Shown: piece by piece, positions 17,708 through 27,683 of the stretch
How the letters are laid out: each line of letters opens with the position of its first letter
Numbering within the stretch: position 1 is the stretch's first letter
Source: Planctomycetaceae bacterium
Lineage (GTDB): Bacteria; Planctomycetota; Planctomycetia; Planctomycetales; Planctomycetaceae
Assembly: GCA_046318755.1 (NCBI GenBank)
Contig: JBKCTR010000474.1
Coordinates: 1-40,927, forward strand
DNA length: 40,927 nt
Direction: 5' to 3'
Notes under the pieces: model-generated
Databases searched by the model: none
Seen by the model: only the letters and a program-made list of their open reading frames with translations
What the model was told of the DNA's origin: nothing
Made by a program: the position numbers and the translations under genes

Positions 17708-19831
17708 TCACCCACGGCGGGCGCGCCGCGCGCGCAGAGCGCCCCGCAGAATCCCATAGGCCGCCGCCATCAGCGCCAGCACCAGCAACGTCCCCGCCAG
17801 GGCGTAGCCCAGCATCTGGTTCCGAATCTCACGGACCGGTTGCAGTGCGGCCGAGCGGGGCTCCTGCACCACGGCGATCCACTCGCTGCCGGCAACCGGC
17901 CAGAACGCCGCCAGTGACTCTTCCGGGGTCGCGGTCGGCAGTGGATCCCGATGCTGAAAGCGGAACTCGGTCCCCCGAGGATCCCGGCCCGTCGCCACCT
18001 CGCGCTGCAGTTGGCGAAGTTGATCGCGCAGGTCGTCTGGAAGCGCGGGATGACGGCTGGCTTCCGCGGGAACAACGCCAACTTCGGCACGCTGGGGTGC
18101 GGTCGCAGAGAACGAATGATCGAGCACCACGCCACTGTGCAGGTCATACAGGGCAATCGACCATTGCCCCCCCACCTGGCGTTGATCGGGATTGAGCACC
18201 CGGTTGCGATAGGTGGCCAACAGGCTGTCGAGGGGAATCGCCCGCCCCAACACCCCCCGCACCTCGCCGGTGCTGCGGTCGCGCAGTGGGACCGACAGCG
18301 CAATCAGCAGGTGCCGACTGACTTCGCTTTCGAACGGAACCGAGACATGTGGCTGGGTGAGAGGGGGAATGTCGGTCCGGTCGCGCCACTCGGGTCGGTC
18401 GGCTCCCTGACCATGAAAATAGTCGCGCCAGGCGTACGAGCGTCCCTGCGAGACCGTACTGCGGGGGCTGCGCCACTGCTGCACGCCGACCGCATCGGTG
18501 AGAAACCAGCTTTCATCGGTGGGCAGACCCTGTGCCGTGCGCACGCCATCAATCTCGGCGCGAATGCTGTCCAACTGCCGGTGGAGCGCAGCCCGAGCTT
18601 CGGGGGCCGCCGTGGTGTCGATCCCCGCGAACAGCCTCTGCAGCTCGTCAGCGGCGACCCATTCTTCCAGAAACCGCCGCCGCGAAAGCAGCTCGTCTTC
18701 GAGCGCATAGGCCAGCAGGCGCGCCGCGACCAAATCGCTTTCGAGCGCCCGCTCGGCCAGTGTCTGCTCATAAGCACGGGTGCTGCTGCGGATCGCCTGG
18801 ATCGCCAGCGGAACCAATCCCGCCAGCAACACCAGGGGCAGCAACACGCCCAGCCAGAGAGCCGGACGCAGCGACTGATAGTGGGCCCGGGCCAGAAACG
18901 CGTCGGTCACCGCCCGCGCCGTGGGATAACGCCGGGCAGGATCGACCGCCAGGCAGCGATCGACAATCGCCGCCAGTCGGGCATCGACCCCGGGACGTTG
19001 CCGGTGCCCGGCGGGCGCGGGCCCCTCGGCCACGATCTGCCGGTAGAGTGCCAGTTTCTCCTCCAAAGTGGCCGCCCGCCGCAGGCGCGCCTCGTTGTCT
19101 GCCGTGCGGTGCGGAGGCTGCCCCACCAGCAGGTGATGCAGCAGCGCCCCCAAGGCGTAGACATCCCAGCGGGCATCGGGGGTGGCCTGCAGGTCGGCCT
19201 GTTCCGGTGCCATGTAAAAGAGTGTCCCCAATGCAGGGCTTTGCTCGGAAGAGAGTCGCGCCTGGCCAAAGTCGGCCAGGCGCGGAGACAAATCGGCATC
19301 AAGCAGCACATTCGCCGGCTTGAGATCGCAGTGCAGAATACCCGCCTCGTGGGCGCAGGCCAGCGCGCGGGCAATTCCCTCGGCCAGGCGGGCCGCCTCG
19401 GCCGGGTCGACCGGCCCCTGTCGCAACCGCGATGCCAGCGACCCCTGGGGCAGGTACTCCATCACGTAGTAGGGGGGCTCGGCAGTCCACCCCACCTGCA
19501 GCAGACGCACCACATCGCGCGAGTTGTGCAGCGTGGCCAGCTTCTCGACCTCGCGGTTCAGCAGCGCCCAGTCGAGTCCCCGCCGATGCGTGTAAAACTT
19601 GATCGCCACCTGCTTGCCGGTGTTCTGCTCCACCGCCTGCCAGACCGTTCCAAACGCTCCCGACCCAATCTGCCATCCCAGGGTGAACCCGGGGATCGCG
19701 GCGGGAGGAGCCGCCGACTGCTCGCTCAATTGGCGCGATTCGGCAACAGACGCCTCGTCCTGGGGCAGGGTGTCTTCCGGAGAATCACCCAGGGAGGAAT
19801 CGCCCAAGATATCAGAAGAGGCACCGCTCAT
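17708..19831 (-). CDS. Membrane Ser/Thr protein kinase with an extracytoplasmic sensor domain between two TM helices
   Basis: Hanks kinase motifs GSGAFGTVW, VAIKFY, HCDLKPANVLL, LADFGQA and YMAPEQ. TM1 is LWLGVLLPLVLLAGLVPLAI. A ~330-aa region with a Cache-like YAWRDYFHG block follows (domain call inferred). TM2 is MLGYALAGTLLVLALMAAAYGIL, near the C-terminus. Confidence 0.9.
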   Translation of the reverse strand: MSGASSDILGDSSLGDSPEDTLPQDEASVAESRQLSEQSAAPPAAIPGFTLGWQIGSGAFGTVWQAVEQNTGKQVAIKFYTHRRGLDWALLNREVEKLATLHNSRDVVRLLQVGWTAEPPYYVMEYLPQGSLASRLRQGPVDPAEAARLAEGIARALACAHEAGILHCDLKPANVLLDADLSPRLADFGQARLSSEQSPALGTLFYMAPEQADLQATPDARWDVYALGALLHHLLVGQPPHRTADNEARLRRAATLEEKLALYRQIVAEGPAPAGHRQRPGVDARLAAIVDRCLAVDPARRYPTARAVTDAFLARAHYQSLRPALWLGVLLPLVLLAGLVPLAIQAIRSSTRAYEQTLAERALESDLVAARLLAYALEDELLSRRRFLEEWVAADELQRLFAGIDTTAAPEARAALHRQLDSIRAEIDGVRTAQGLPTDESWFLTDAVGVQQWRSPRSTVSQGRSYAWRDYFHGQGADRPEWRDRTDIPPLTQPHVSVPFESEVSRHLLIALSVPLRDRSTGEVRGVLGRAIPLDSLLATYRNRVLNPDQRQVGGQWSIALYDLHSGVVLDHSFSATAPQRAEVGVVPAEASRHPALPDDLRDQLRQLQREVATGRDPRGTEFRFQHRDPLPTATPEESLAAFWPVAGSEWIAVVQEPRSAALQPVREIRNQMLGYALAGTLLVLALMAAAYGILRGALRARRARRG

Positions 19832-19855
19832 GGGTTCCAGAGCCGGGGGGAATTG

Positions 19856-21229
19856 TCAGCTCGCAGCCGCGTCAACCTGCAGCAGCGCCTGGTACGCGCC
19901 ATCACACGGCTCTCCCGGCCAATGCAGCCGTTCTTCGACCAACCGCAGCCGTTTCTGTTTCCGCAGCACCCTCTGGATGAGTTGGCCATTTTCTTCGGGC
20001 TCGATGCTGCAGGTCGAATACAGCAGCCGGCCTCCAGGACGGACCAACCGCAGTGCCGCCTGCAGCAGGCGCGACTGGATCTGCGGCAGTTCCACCAGGT
20101 CAGCCGGGGTCAGTCGCCAGCGGACCTCGGGACGCTTCCCCAGCACGCCCGTGTTGGAGCAGGGCACATCCAGCAGTACGGCATCGAAGGGCCCCGCGGG
20201 AAGCCGCGAGGTGTCGGCCGGGATCGTCTCGCAGGTGATGATCGACGCGTGCAGACGACGGGCCGAGTCGGCCACCTGCTTCAGCCGGCGTTGATCGCTG
20301 TCGGCGGCGATGATCTCCCCTTCGTTCCGCATCAGGGCGGCCAGGTGCAGGGTCTTCCCTCCGGGAGCGGCACACAGGTCGAGCACCCGTTCGCCCGGCT
20401 GCACAGCCAGACGCGTCGCCGCCTCCATGGCCGATTCGTCCTGCACCGCGAACCAGCCCTCGTCGAAACCGGGCAGCGTGGTCACCCGGACCGACTGCGC
20501 CAGGCGGACGGCGTGCGGATGCCGTCCCTCTTCCGCCCCAATTCCCGCTTCACGCAGACGGGCCAGCAACAACTCGCGGGTGGTCACCAGCGTGTTGACC
20601 CGCAGCGTGGGCCGGGGCGGGGTGTTGAACCAAAAGCCCAGCCGCAACAGTTGGGGAGACTCCACCCGGCCCGCCCACCGCGCGACCAGCCACTCGGGAA
20701 AGCTGAAGGCGTCTCGGAAGTAACCCTGCGGATCGGTGGCCGGGTCGGGAAACGGGCTCGATTGCAGCACCCGGTAGTTGCCCGAATCGAGCGGCAGCGC
20801 ATTCGCGGCAGGCTGAAAGACCATGCTGTCCGTCAGGTCGCGGGTCAGCGCCCGCAGAACCCCGTTGAGAAATCCCGTCCACTGCGGCTGCCCCTGCCGC
20901 TTGACTGCTTCGGCGGTTTCATTCAGCACGGCATACGAGGGAGTGGTCGAGAACAGCAGCTCCCACGCAGCCACGCGCAGCCAGACCAGCGCCCCCGCCT
21001 CGACCTGCGGCAAAGGTCGGCGAATGAATCGTTTCAGCAGCAGATCGAGCGTCGGTTGCCGCCGCACCACCCCGTGAACGAGGTCGGTCGCATGACCGCG
21101 CTGCCCGGGCGAGAGCGGGCTGTCGGCCAGTTGCTCATCCAGCAGGCGGGAGGGAATCTGGCGCCGATCGGCGGCACGCAGCAGTACCTCTTGAGCAAGT
21201 TCACGAGCCGAGAGCGAAGCAAGGACCAT
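19856..21229 (-). CDS. rsmB: 16S rRNA (cytosine967-C5)-methyltransferase RsmB/Sun
   Basis: This is the 3'-terminal 457 codons of the 1831-aa ORF 19856-25351, starting MVLASLSARELAQEVLL. It has a NusB-like N-domain, SAM motif DLCAAPGGKT, and catalytic PCSNTGV and YSTCS. The remainder of the long ORF is antisense to gyrA. Confidence 0.9.
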   Translation of the reverse strand: MVLASLSARELAQEVLLRAADRRQIPSRLLDEQLADSPLSPGQRGHATDLVHGVVRRQPTLDLLLKRFIRRPLPQVEAGALVWLRVAAWELLFSTTPSYAVLNETAEAVKRQGQPQWTGFLNGVLRALTRDLTDSMVFQPAANALPLDSGNYRVLQSSPFPDPATDPQGYFRDAFSFPEWLVARWAGRVESPQLLRLGFWFNTPPRPTLRVNTLVTTRELLLARLREAGIGAEEGRHPHAVRLAQSVRVTTLPGFDEGWFAVQDESAMEAATRLAVQPGERVLDLCAAPGGKTLHLAALMRNEGEIIAADSDQRRLKQVADSARRLHASIITCETIPADTSRLPAGPFDAVLLDVPCSNTGVLGKRPEVRWRLTPADLVELPQIQSRLLQAALRLVRPGGRLLYSTCSIEPEENGQLIQRVLRKQKRLRLVEERLHWPGEPCDGAYQALLQVDAAAS

Positions 21230-21906
21230 CAGGCAGCAAGACGGGGAAGAGAAGTGACGACGGCGGGAGGGACCGGGCCGCGAGGCAACAGGTCGACCGC
21301 GAGGCGTAGTCTCCCGCGCAGTCCAACAGCATGTTACGGAGTGACAGGCTGAGGAGCGAGGGGGGGGCCAGCAGTCGCAGTCAACCACTCCACCCCCCCA
21401 CCTCCCAATCAGAAAATTTCCCTGTCGCAGCAACTCGCCCTCGTGCCCGCGCTGCACTTCGCCGTCCGGTTGGGGTGACGAGCAAAAGATCCTGTTCGGC
21501 AGCATCCCCAGCGAGGGGCAGCGTTCCAGACCACCCGAGGGCCGACTTCGGCAATCTCTGGGGACGATCGACGGGGGGCCAGCGTGTGTTGCCGACGCCC
21601 ATGTCCCACAGGAATTTGAGAGTCTCCATAGCCGCAATCGCAGGTTGAGAGAATCGCACCCGCGGGTCGGCGGGCTTGGAAAGCGAAACCAGAGAGGGTG
21701 TCGGCGGCTTCTATACCCACGCGGATCCTGGCTGGTGCACCCCGCGCCGACTCTCGACTTTGGCGGCGTGTGTCGGGCCGGTTTGTACAGCCCCCGCCCA
21801 AGGTCCTCAGAAGGAGCTGTTGGGCTGGCGTTGGAGTGAATGTAAGTTGTTGAAAAAAATGGGGTTACATTTTGTCGACAAGACCCCGTGGACCCCCTCG
21901 CCAGCT

Positions 21907-21935
21907 TTGCAATCCGCCCTCTCAATGTGTATGCT
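21907..21935 (+). promoter_or_regulatory. Candidate sigma70-like promoter (TTGCAA-N17-TATGCT) in the long gap upstream of gyrA
   Basis: TTGCAA at 21907-21912, a 17-nt spacer, and TATGCT at 21930-21935, next to the only AT-rich patch of the gap (ttgttgaaaaaaatggggttacatttt). Planctomycete promoter rules are poorly defined, so this is a pattern match only. Confidence 0.3.
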
Positions 21936-22462
21936 CTGTTCACTGTCCCGCCCGCACTGCCGGCAGGCACGGACGGCGCGGTTCCCGGGGTGGATGACCG
22001 TTGGCAGAATGACCATTCGCCCCGAAAGGGAACCGGTGTCGCGGCGACCTTGCGATGCGCCCATTCCGTTTGGCGGAAGCGCGGGTCGCAGGGCCGTCGG
22101 GTGGTCCCCCCCGAGGGGGCCAGGTGGCCCGGGCCAGCGAGAAGCGGGCCAGCGAGAAGACGGTACCGATCACAAGACGATCCCGGGCGCGTTTGGTCAC
22201 GGCTGCCCAGTGGCCATTCGGGCGGACGTGGTGGGTACCGGTCGGGGAGTCCGGCATTCGGGAACGGTCTGCGTTGTGTTCCGCGGGAGAGTGCCAACGG
22301 CGAATCGACGACCCGGGAATCTGCGACCTCGGAGTGTGGCCTCTGGAAGTGTGGTCTCTGGGGGTGTGGTGAGCGGGACGGTGGCGGTTGAGATGGGGTG
22401 AGTGAAGCGGGGGGCGGGGTGTCTGTCACCCTGGAGATTGTCTTCTTTGAGGAGCGTGTCTG

Positions 22463-25228
22463 GTGTCGACTGATGGCAATGTGAGCGACGATCGCATTCG
22501 TCCGCTGGATATCCAGGACGAGATGCGGACCAGCTACCTGACGTACGCGATGAGCGTCATTGTCAGTCGGGCGCTCCCCGATGTCCGCGATGGCCTCAAG
22601 CCCTCCCAGCGCCGCATTCTGGTGGCGATGAATGACCTGAATCTCTCCCCCGGCGCGTCGCGCACCAAGTGCTCGAAGATCGCCGGCGAGACGATGGGCA
22701 ACTACCACCCGCACGGCGACCAGGCGATTTATCCCACGCTGGTGCGCCTCGCCCAGTCTTGGATGATGCGCGAGGTGCTGATCGACAAGCAGGGGAACTT
22801 CGGCTCGCTGGCCGGGCTCCCCCCCGCTGCGATGCGGTATACCGAAGCCCGTCTCTCCCCGGTCGCCGCCGAGCTGCTCGATGACCTCGACCGCGACACG
22901 GTCGACTTCATTCCCACCTACGACCAGCAGCGGATGGAGCCGGTGGTGCTCCCCGCGCGGGCTCCCAACCTGCTCATCAACGGCTCGTACGGGATCGCGG
23001 TCGGCATGGCGACCAGCATCCCCCCGCACAACCTCGACGAGTCGTGCGACGCGGTGATGAAGCTCATCGACAACCCCGAGGCCTCCATCTGGGAACTGAT
23101 GGAGGTGCTGCCGGGGCCCGATTTCCCCACGGGGGGCATCATCTGCGGCCGCAATGGCATCCGGCAGGGTTACCTCACCGGCCGCTCGACCATCACCCTG
23201 CGCGCCCGCACCCACTTCGAGACCGAGAAGAACAGCGACGTCATTGTCGTCACCGAGATCCCCTACCTGGAAACCCGCGACCGGGTGCGCGAGAAGCTCG
23301 AGCAACTGGTCCGCGACGACCGCATCCAGGGCATCTCCAAGATCGTCGACCTGACCGACCGCAACACTCCCGATTGGCAGGTCCGGCTGCACATCGTGCT
23401 GCGCCGCGATGCCGACCGCGATGTCGTCCTCAACCAACTGTTCGAATTCTCTCCCCTGCAGGGAACGTTCAGCATCATCCTGCTGGCGCTGGTGGGGAAC
23501 CGGCCCCAGACCCTCACCATCAAAGAACTGCTGCAGGAGTTCATCCGCCACCGCGTCGACGTGCTGCGCCGGCGGACCGAGTTCCTGCTGGGAGAGGCCC
23601 GCAAACGGCAGCACACCGTCGAGGGGCTGCTGATCGCGCAGCTCAACATCGACGAGGTTATCGACACCATCCGCAAGAGCGCCAGCCGCTCCGAGGCCAA
23701 AGAACGCCTGCAGACGCTGCAGGTTCCTGGTGGACTCATCGAGCGGGCCCTCGGCGAAAAGGGGTGGGCCGCCTTCACCGCCGACCGGGGGGCCAGCGAG
23801 AACTACACCCTCTCGGCCACCCAGGCCGAGGCGATCGTCGCCATGCAGCTCGGCTCGCTCGCCGGTCTCGAACGCGACAAGCTGGGGGAGGAATTCCGCA
23901 AACTGCTCGACGACATCGCCGAGTACCAACGGCTGCTCTCCGACGAGGCCAACATCCTGGCTCTGGTCCGGGACGAGATGGAGGAAATCAAGCGCAAGTA
24001 CGGAGACAAGCGCCGCACCGCCATCAGTGATGAGGAAATCGGCGAGGTGCTGCGGGACGACCTGATCCCCGAAGAGACCATGGCGGTCACCCTCTCGCAC
24101 CGGGGCTACATCAAGCGGATGGAACTCTCGACCTACCGCGCCCAAAAGCGCGGCGGCCGGGGTATCGCCGGGGCCAAGACCGACGAAGAAGACCCCATCC
24201 AGCACCTGTTCGTCGCCAGCACGCACGACTACCTGCTGTTCTTCACCGACCGCGGCAAGGTCTTCTGGCAGAAGGTCTACGACTTGCCGCTGCTCAACCG
24301 CACCGCCAAGGGGCGGGCGGTGGTCAACCTGCTCAACCTGCAGGAGGGGGAAAAGGTCTTCAACTGCCTCGCCGTCCGGGACTTCGACGACGTCCGCCAG
24401 GTGGTCATGGCCACCCGCAATGGCGTGGTGAAAAAGACCAGCCTCTCCGAATACAGCCGCCCCAAGACGGGAGGCATCATCGCCATCCGCCTGGAAGAGG
24501 GGGATGAGCTGATCGACGTGGTGATTGTCTCGCCAGGGCAGGATCTGCTGATCGCCACCACCCGCGGCATGGCCATCCGCTTCTCGCAGGATGACGCCCG
24601 CAGCATGGGCCGCGCCACCTACGGCGTGAAGGGAATCGACCTGGCCGCAGGAGACTTTGTGGTGGGCATGGTGGTGGCCGACCCCGCCCGCGACCTGCTG
24701 ACCGTCTGCGAAAACGGCTACGGCAAACGGACCCCGTTTGGCGGCAGTGATGAGGCGGGTGAAGAGACCGAGCAACCCCCCGTCGAGACCAGCGAACCGG
24801 CTGCTCCCGCCGTGGACGGAGAGGCGACGGAAGAGGCGGCCAAGGGAGGTCCCGCGGGCTACCGCCGCCAACGCCGGGGGGGGAAGGGGCTGCGGAACAT
24901 CCGCTGCACCGACCGCAATGGCCTGGTGGTCGATGTGATTTCGGTTTCCGATCAAGACGAAGTCCTCATGGTCACCGCCAACGGGATCATCCAGCGCATT
25001 CGGGCCGTCGACATCAGCCGCATCGGCCGCAACACCCAGGGAGTCCGCGTCATTCGCCTCGACGACGGAGACAAACTGGTCGGGATGGCCCGGGTTCCCG
25101 CGGAAGACGTGGTCGAAGCGACCGCCGCAGCCGACCCGTCGGCTCCTCCCACCACCGAGCCTCCCACCACCGAGCCTCCCGCTACCGAACCCCCCACCAG
25201 CGAACCGCCCTCTTCCTCCGCCGAGTAA
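22463..25228 (+). CDS. gyrA: DNA gyrase subunit A
   Basis: [46 protein letters not shown] matches the conserved GyrA N-terminus. The GTG start at 22463 is needed to include it. The GyrA box AQKRGGRG is in the first CTD blade. The protein ends in an acidic/Pro-Thr tail. Confidence 0.95.
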   Translation: MSTDGNVSDDRIRPLDIQDEMRTSYLTYAMSVIVSRALPDVRDGLKPSQRRILVAMNDLNLSPGASRTKCSKIAGETMGNYHPHGDQAIYPTLVRLAQSWMMREVLIDKQGNFGSLAGLPPAAMRYTEARLSPVAAELLDDLDRDTVDFIPTYDQQRMEPVVLPARAPNLLINGSYGIAVGMATSIPPHNLDESCDAVMKLIDNPEASIWELMEVLPGPDFPTGGIICGRNGIRQGYLTGRSTITLRARTHFETEKNSDVIVVTEIPYLETRDRVREKLEQLVRDDRIQGISKIVDLTDRNTPDWQVRLHIVLRRDADRDVVLNQLFEFSPLQGTFSIILLALVGNRPQTLTIKELLQEFIRHRVDVLRRRTEFLLGEARKRQHTVEGLLIAQLNIDEVIDTIRKSASRSEAKERLQTLQVPGGLIERALGEKGWAAFTADRGASENYTLSATQAEAIVAMQLGSLAGLERDKLGEEFRKLLDDIAEYQRLLSDEANILALVRDEMEEIKRKYGDKRRTAISDEEIGEVLRDDLIPEETMAVTLSHRGYIKRMELSTYRAQKRGGRGIAGAKTDEEDPIQHLFVASTHDYLLFFTDRGKVFWQKVYDLPLLNRTAKGRAVVNLLNLQEGEKVFNCLAVRDFDDVRQVVMATRNGVVKKTSLSEYSRPKTGGIIAIRLEEGDELIDVVIVSPGQDLLIATTRGMAIRFSQDDARSMGRATYGVKGIDLAAGDFVVGMVVADPARDLLTVCENGYGKRTPFGGSDEAGEETEQPPVETSEPAAPAVDGEATEEAAKGGPAGYRRQRRGGKGLRNIRCTDRNGLVVDVISVSDQDEVLMVTANGIIQRIRAVDISRIGRNTQGVRVIRLDDGDKLVGMARVPAEDVVEATAAADPSAPPTTEPPTTEPPATEPPTSEPPSSSAE

Positions 25229-25234
25229 ACCGCA

Positions 25235-25267
25235 CGCGACGGAACCATACCTGTCGTTCCGTTCGCG
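25235..25267 (+). terminator. Stem-loop 7 nt after the gyrA stop (11-bp stem with one bulge, 10-nt loop)
   Basis: cgcgacggaac (25235-25245) pairs with gttccgttcgcg (25256-25267). No U-tract follows, so terminator function is uncertain. Confidence 0.35.
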
Positions 25268-25751
25268 CGGGTCCCTCGGGACAGAGAGGCGGCGGTTGGG
25301 GACGGGGTTCACCAACCTGGTCCCGATTTCCAGATCCGCCCAGCCAGTCACGCCGTCGTGTCCCGTCCGCCGTTCGGATCATCACCGGACGAGAGCGGTT
25401 CCGTTCCCCCACGATCTGACTCTCTCGTCGCGTCGCATTCTCCCGTTCCACGGGGGAAGTCGCCCCAAGCGGGCCATCCATACGTCCCGATGCGCTCCCA
25501 ATCCGGGTGATGTCGCGCCGCACGCGGCTTTCGCGGCGATCACCCCCTCGTGTAGGGCCTCCGTGGAATCACCACCGGTCAGGTCACCGCGAACACCCGG
25601 AACCCGCGACATCCGTTCAACGCACGGGCCGTCGCGGCGGATCAAACCAGCAATTCGGTTTTCCAGATGGTGACACCGCTTTGGCGGGGACGCCCACTGC
25701 GGACCCTGGTGTGTTCCAGAAAATCCCGCGTGTCCCGCAACCGGAAAAATG

Positions 25752-25788
25752 CCCCAGGCCGTCTTTCCTGGGGAAAGACGGCCTGGGG
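25752..25788 (-). terminator. Intrinsic terminator: perfect 17-bp stem, 3-nt loop, T-run on the minus strand
   Basis: ccccaggccgtctttcc-tgg-ggaaagacggcctgggg. On the minus strand the hairpin is followed by cATTTTTcc. It lies about 80 nt downstream of the DUF1501 stop (25870), between convergent genes. Confidence 0.8.
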
Positions 25789-25869
25789 TGGATCAAGTCG
25801 ATACCGCCGCGGGAGTGTGGGTCGACCTGGGTCAGAACCGCGGCCACTCCCGGCGAGTCGCGCCTGGGG

Positions 25870-27333
25870 TCAGGCGAGAATTCCTTCGACGTGCTCGGCC
25901 TGCACCAGCTCGCGGGGCTGGTTGAGGTGGTTGTACTGGATCGTGTTGGGAGGAATGCCCATGCAGTGGTAGACGGTTGCCACCAACTGATTCGGGTGCA
26001 CGGGGTTCTCGGTGGGAGCCGAGCCGGTCTTGTCCGACTTGCCATGCACATAGGCCCGCTTGATGCCCGCCCCCGCCACCACGGCGGTGTAGCAGTACGG
26101 CCAGTGGTCGCGGCCGTCGTCCGAGTTCGAATTCCCCGAGGTGCTCACCCCGCGGATCGGGCTGCGGCCGAATTCACCCAGGGCCACCACCAGCGTCTCC
26201 GCCAGCATGCCGCGCTGATCAAGATCGCTGATCAGGGCCGAGAGCCCGCCGTCGAGCATGGGAGAGTTCTGGTTCTTCATCCGGCCCGACAGCCCCACGT
26301 GCACGTCCCACGAGTGATTGTCAGAGTTGGCGACCTTCGGCCAGATCACCTCGACGAACCGCGTCCCCGCTTCAATCAGCCGACGAGCCAACAGGCAGCT
26401 TTGGCCAAAGGTGTTGCGGCCGTACAGGTCGCGCACCTCGCTCGATTCCTTGGTGAGGTCGAACGCATCGCGGGCCTTCCCCGAGAGGACCAGCCCCAGA
26501 GCCTTGCCGTAGTACTCGTTGATGGCCGTCTTCGAAACCGCCTTGTCGAGCGTCGGCATGCCGGCGTTGATCGTGTCACGCAGCCGGGCCCGCCGCTCCA
26601 GCCGGGACGACGAAATCTCCTCCCGCAGCTTGAGGTCGTCGACGTTGATCCGGTCCAGCTTGTTCATGTCCATGTCGTCCCCCGAGGGGAACAGCATGTA
26701 CGGGTCATACGCCCGGCCCAGGAACCCGCCGGTCCCCCCCTTGCCAATCACGTTGCTTTCCTGCAGCGGGCGGGGCAGCATCTCGAACGGCAGCATGGCC
26801 GCCTCGGGAGGCTTGTGCCGGATGATGTTCGAGCCCAAGGTCGGGAAGTCGGCGGGGCTGGGGGGTTCCAACTGACCCGAAGGACTCACCTTGTCGGCCG
26901 TGTAGCCGGTGTGCAGTTGGTAAATCGCCGCCGTGTGGTTGAACAACCCGATCGGCGTGTAGCTCATCGAGCGAATCATGGTGAACTTGTCGTTCACAGT
27001 CGCCAGCTTGGGGAGCACCTCGGTGAAGTTCACCCCCGGCAGCTTGGTGTCAATCGGCTTGAACACGCTGCGCACGTTGTCGGGCACATCGGTCTTGGGA
27101 TCCCACAGGTCGAGGTGACTCGGCCCCCCCTGCAGGTAGACCAGGATCACATTCTTGGCCTTGCCGAAGCCCAGGCCACCGGCCGCCCCCCCTTCTTTCG
27201 CCCGGGCTTCCCCCGCGAGGACGTTCCCCAGGGTCACCCCCAGCATGGTCGACCCACCCACGCTCAGCAGCGAGCGCCGCGACAGGGTCCGATCGCAATT
27301 GTCGATGCCAAGTTGCCCGGGAATCACCAGCAT
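25870..27333 (-). CDS. DUF1501 domain protein (Tat-exported, sulfatase-like)
   Basis: 487-aa ORF. Tat-like leader [23 protein letters not shown], then [26 protein letters not shown] and [12 protein letters not shown] blocks typical of DUF1501. Confidence 0.9.
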   Translation of the reverse strand: MLVIPGQLGIDNCDRTLSRRSLLSVGGSTMLGVTLGNVLAGEARAKEGGAAGGLGFGKAKNVILVYLQGGPSHLDLWDPKTDVPDNVRSVFKPIDTKLPGVNFTEVLPKLATVNDKFTMIRSMSYTPIGLFNHTAAIYQLHTGYTADKVSPSGQLEPPSPADFPTLGSNIIRHKPPEAAMLPFEMLPRPLQESNVIGKGGTGGFLGRAYDPYMLFPSGDDMDMNKLDRINVDDLKLREEISSSRLERRARLRDTINAGMPTLDKAVSKTAINEYYGKALGLVLSGKARDAFDLTKESSEVRDLYGRNTFGQSCLLARRLIEAGTRFVEVIWPKVANSDNHSWDVHVGLSGRMKNQNSPMLDGGLSALISDLDQRGMLAETLVVALGEFGRSPIRGVSTSGNSNSDDGRDHWPYCYTAVVAGAGIKRAYVHGKSDKTGSAPTENPVHPNQLVATVYHCMGIPPNTIQYNHLNQPRELVQAEHVEGILA

Positions 27334-27683
27334 GAGAGCGCCTCGTTTGAAAACTTCGGTGCAGGGGGGAACCAGCCGTCGTCCGAATCATCGGACCGCA
27401 GGGCCAACCAACATCACAACCGCTCCGCCAACGACTGACGCGAACGTACGGAGCTGTCGTCAACTTGCGGGGGTCGCAGGCTCCTCCCGCGAACGCATCA
27501 ACACAATCCGAGATGATACTGGCCCCCAGCCCGGGCTGTCAATCGCGACACCCTGGCGACCCGACTTCGCAACACGCGGGCAAAAAGGACGTAAACCGTT
27601 CCACAAAAAGACGTTGTGGCTTGTCATTCAGGCCTGGACTGACTGGCCGCTCCAGCGTCCCGTGGCCGCGGTTGGCACATCCT

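Noticed and set aside
21380-21830. tmRNA (minus strand starts GGGGCTG..CCGGCCCGAC), RNase P RNA or SRP RNA (GGTCCTCAGAAGGAGC) in the rsmB-gyrA gap
   Set aside because: Only partial resemblances are present. There is no tRNA-like 3' end (GGTTCGAxTCC...CCA), no GGAAAGTCCGG or ACAGAACCCGGC blocks, and no GGAA-tetraloop SRP helix 8. An Rfam scan is needed before any call.
21888-22391. 167-aa ORF ending in the Cys-rich ...SECGLWKCGLWGCGERDGGG (RiPP-precursor-like)
   Set aside because: The CGLW repeats are the translation of the 15-nt DNA tandem repeat. The ORF starts upstream of the only plausible promoter, shows no obvious third-position GC bias, and has no modification enzymes nearby.
21230-25351. 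Upstream 1374 codons of the 1831-aa minus-strand ORF 19856-25351
   Set aside because: Only the last 457 codons (rsmB) look like a protein. The rest is antisense to gyrA and to the non-coding gap, with low-complexity G/R/A/P composition.
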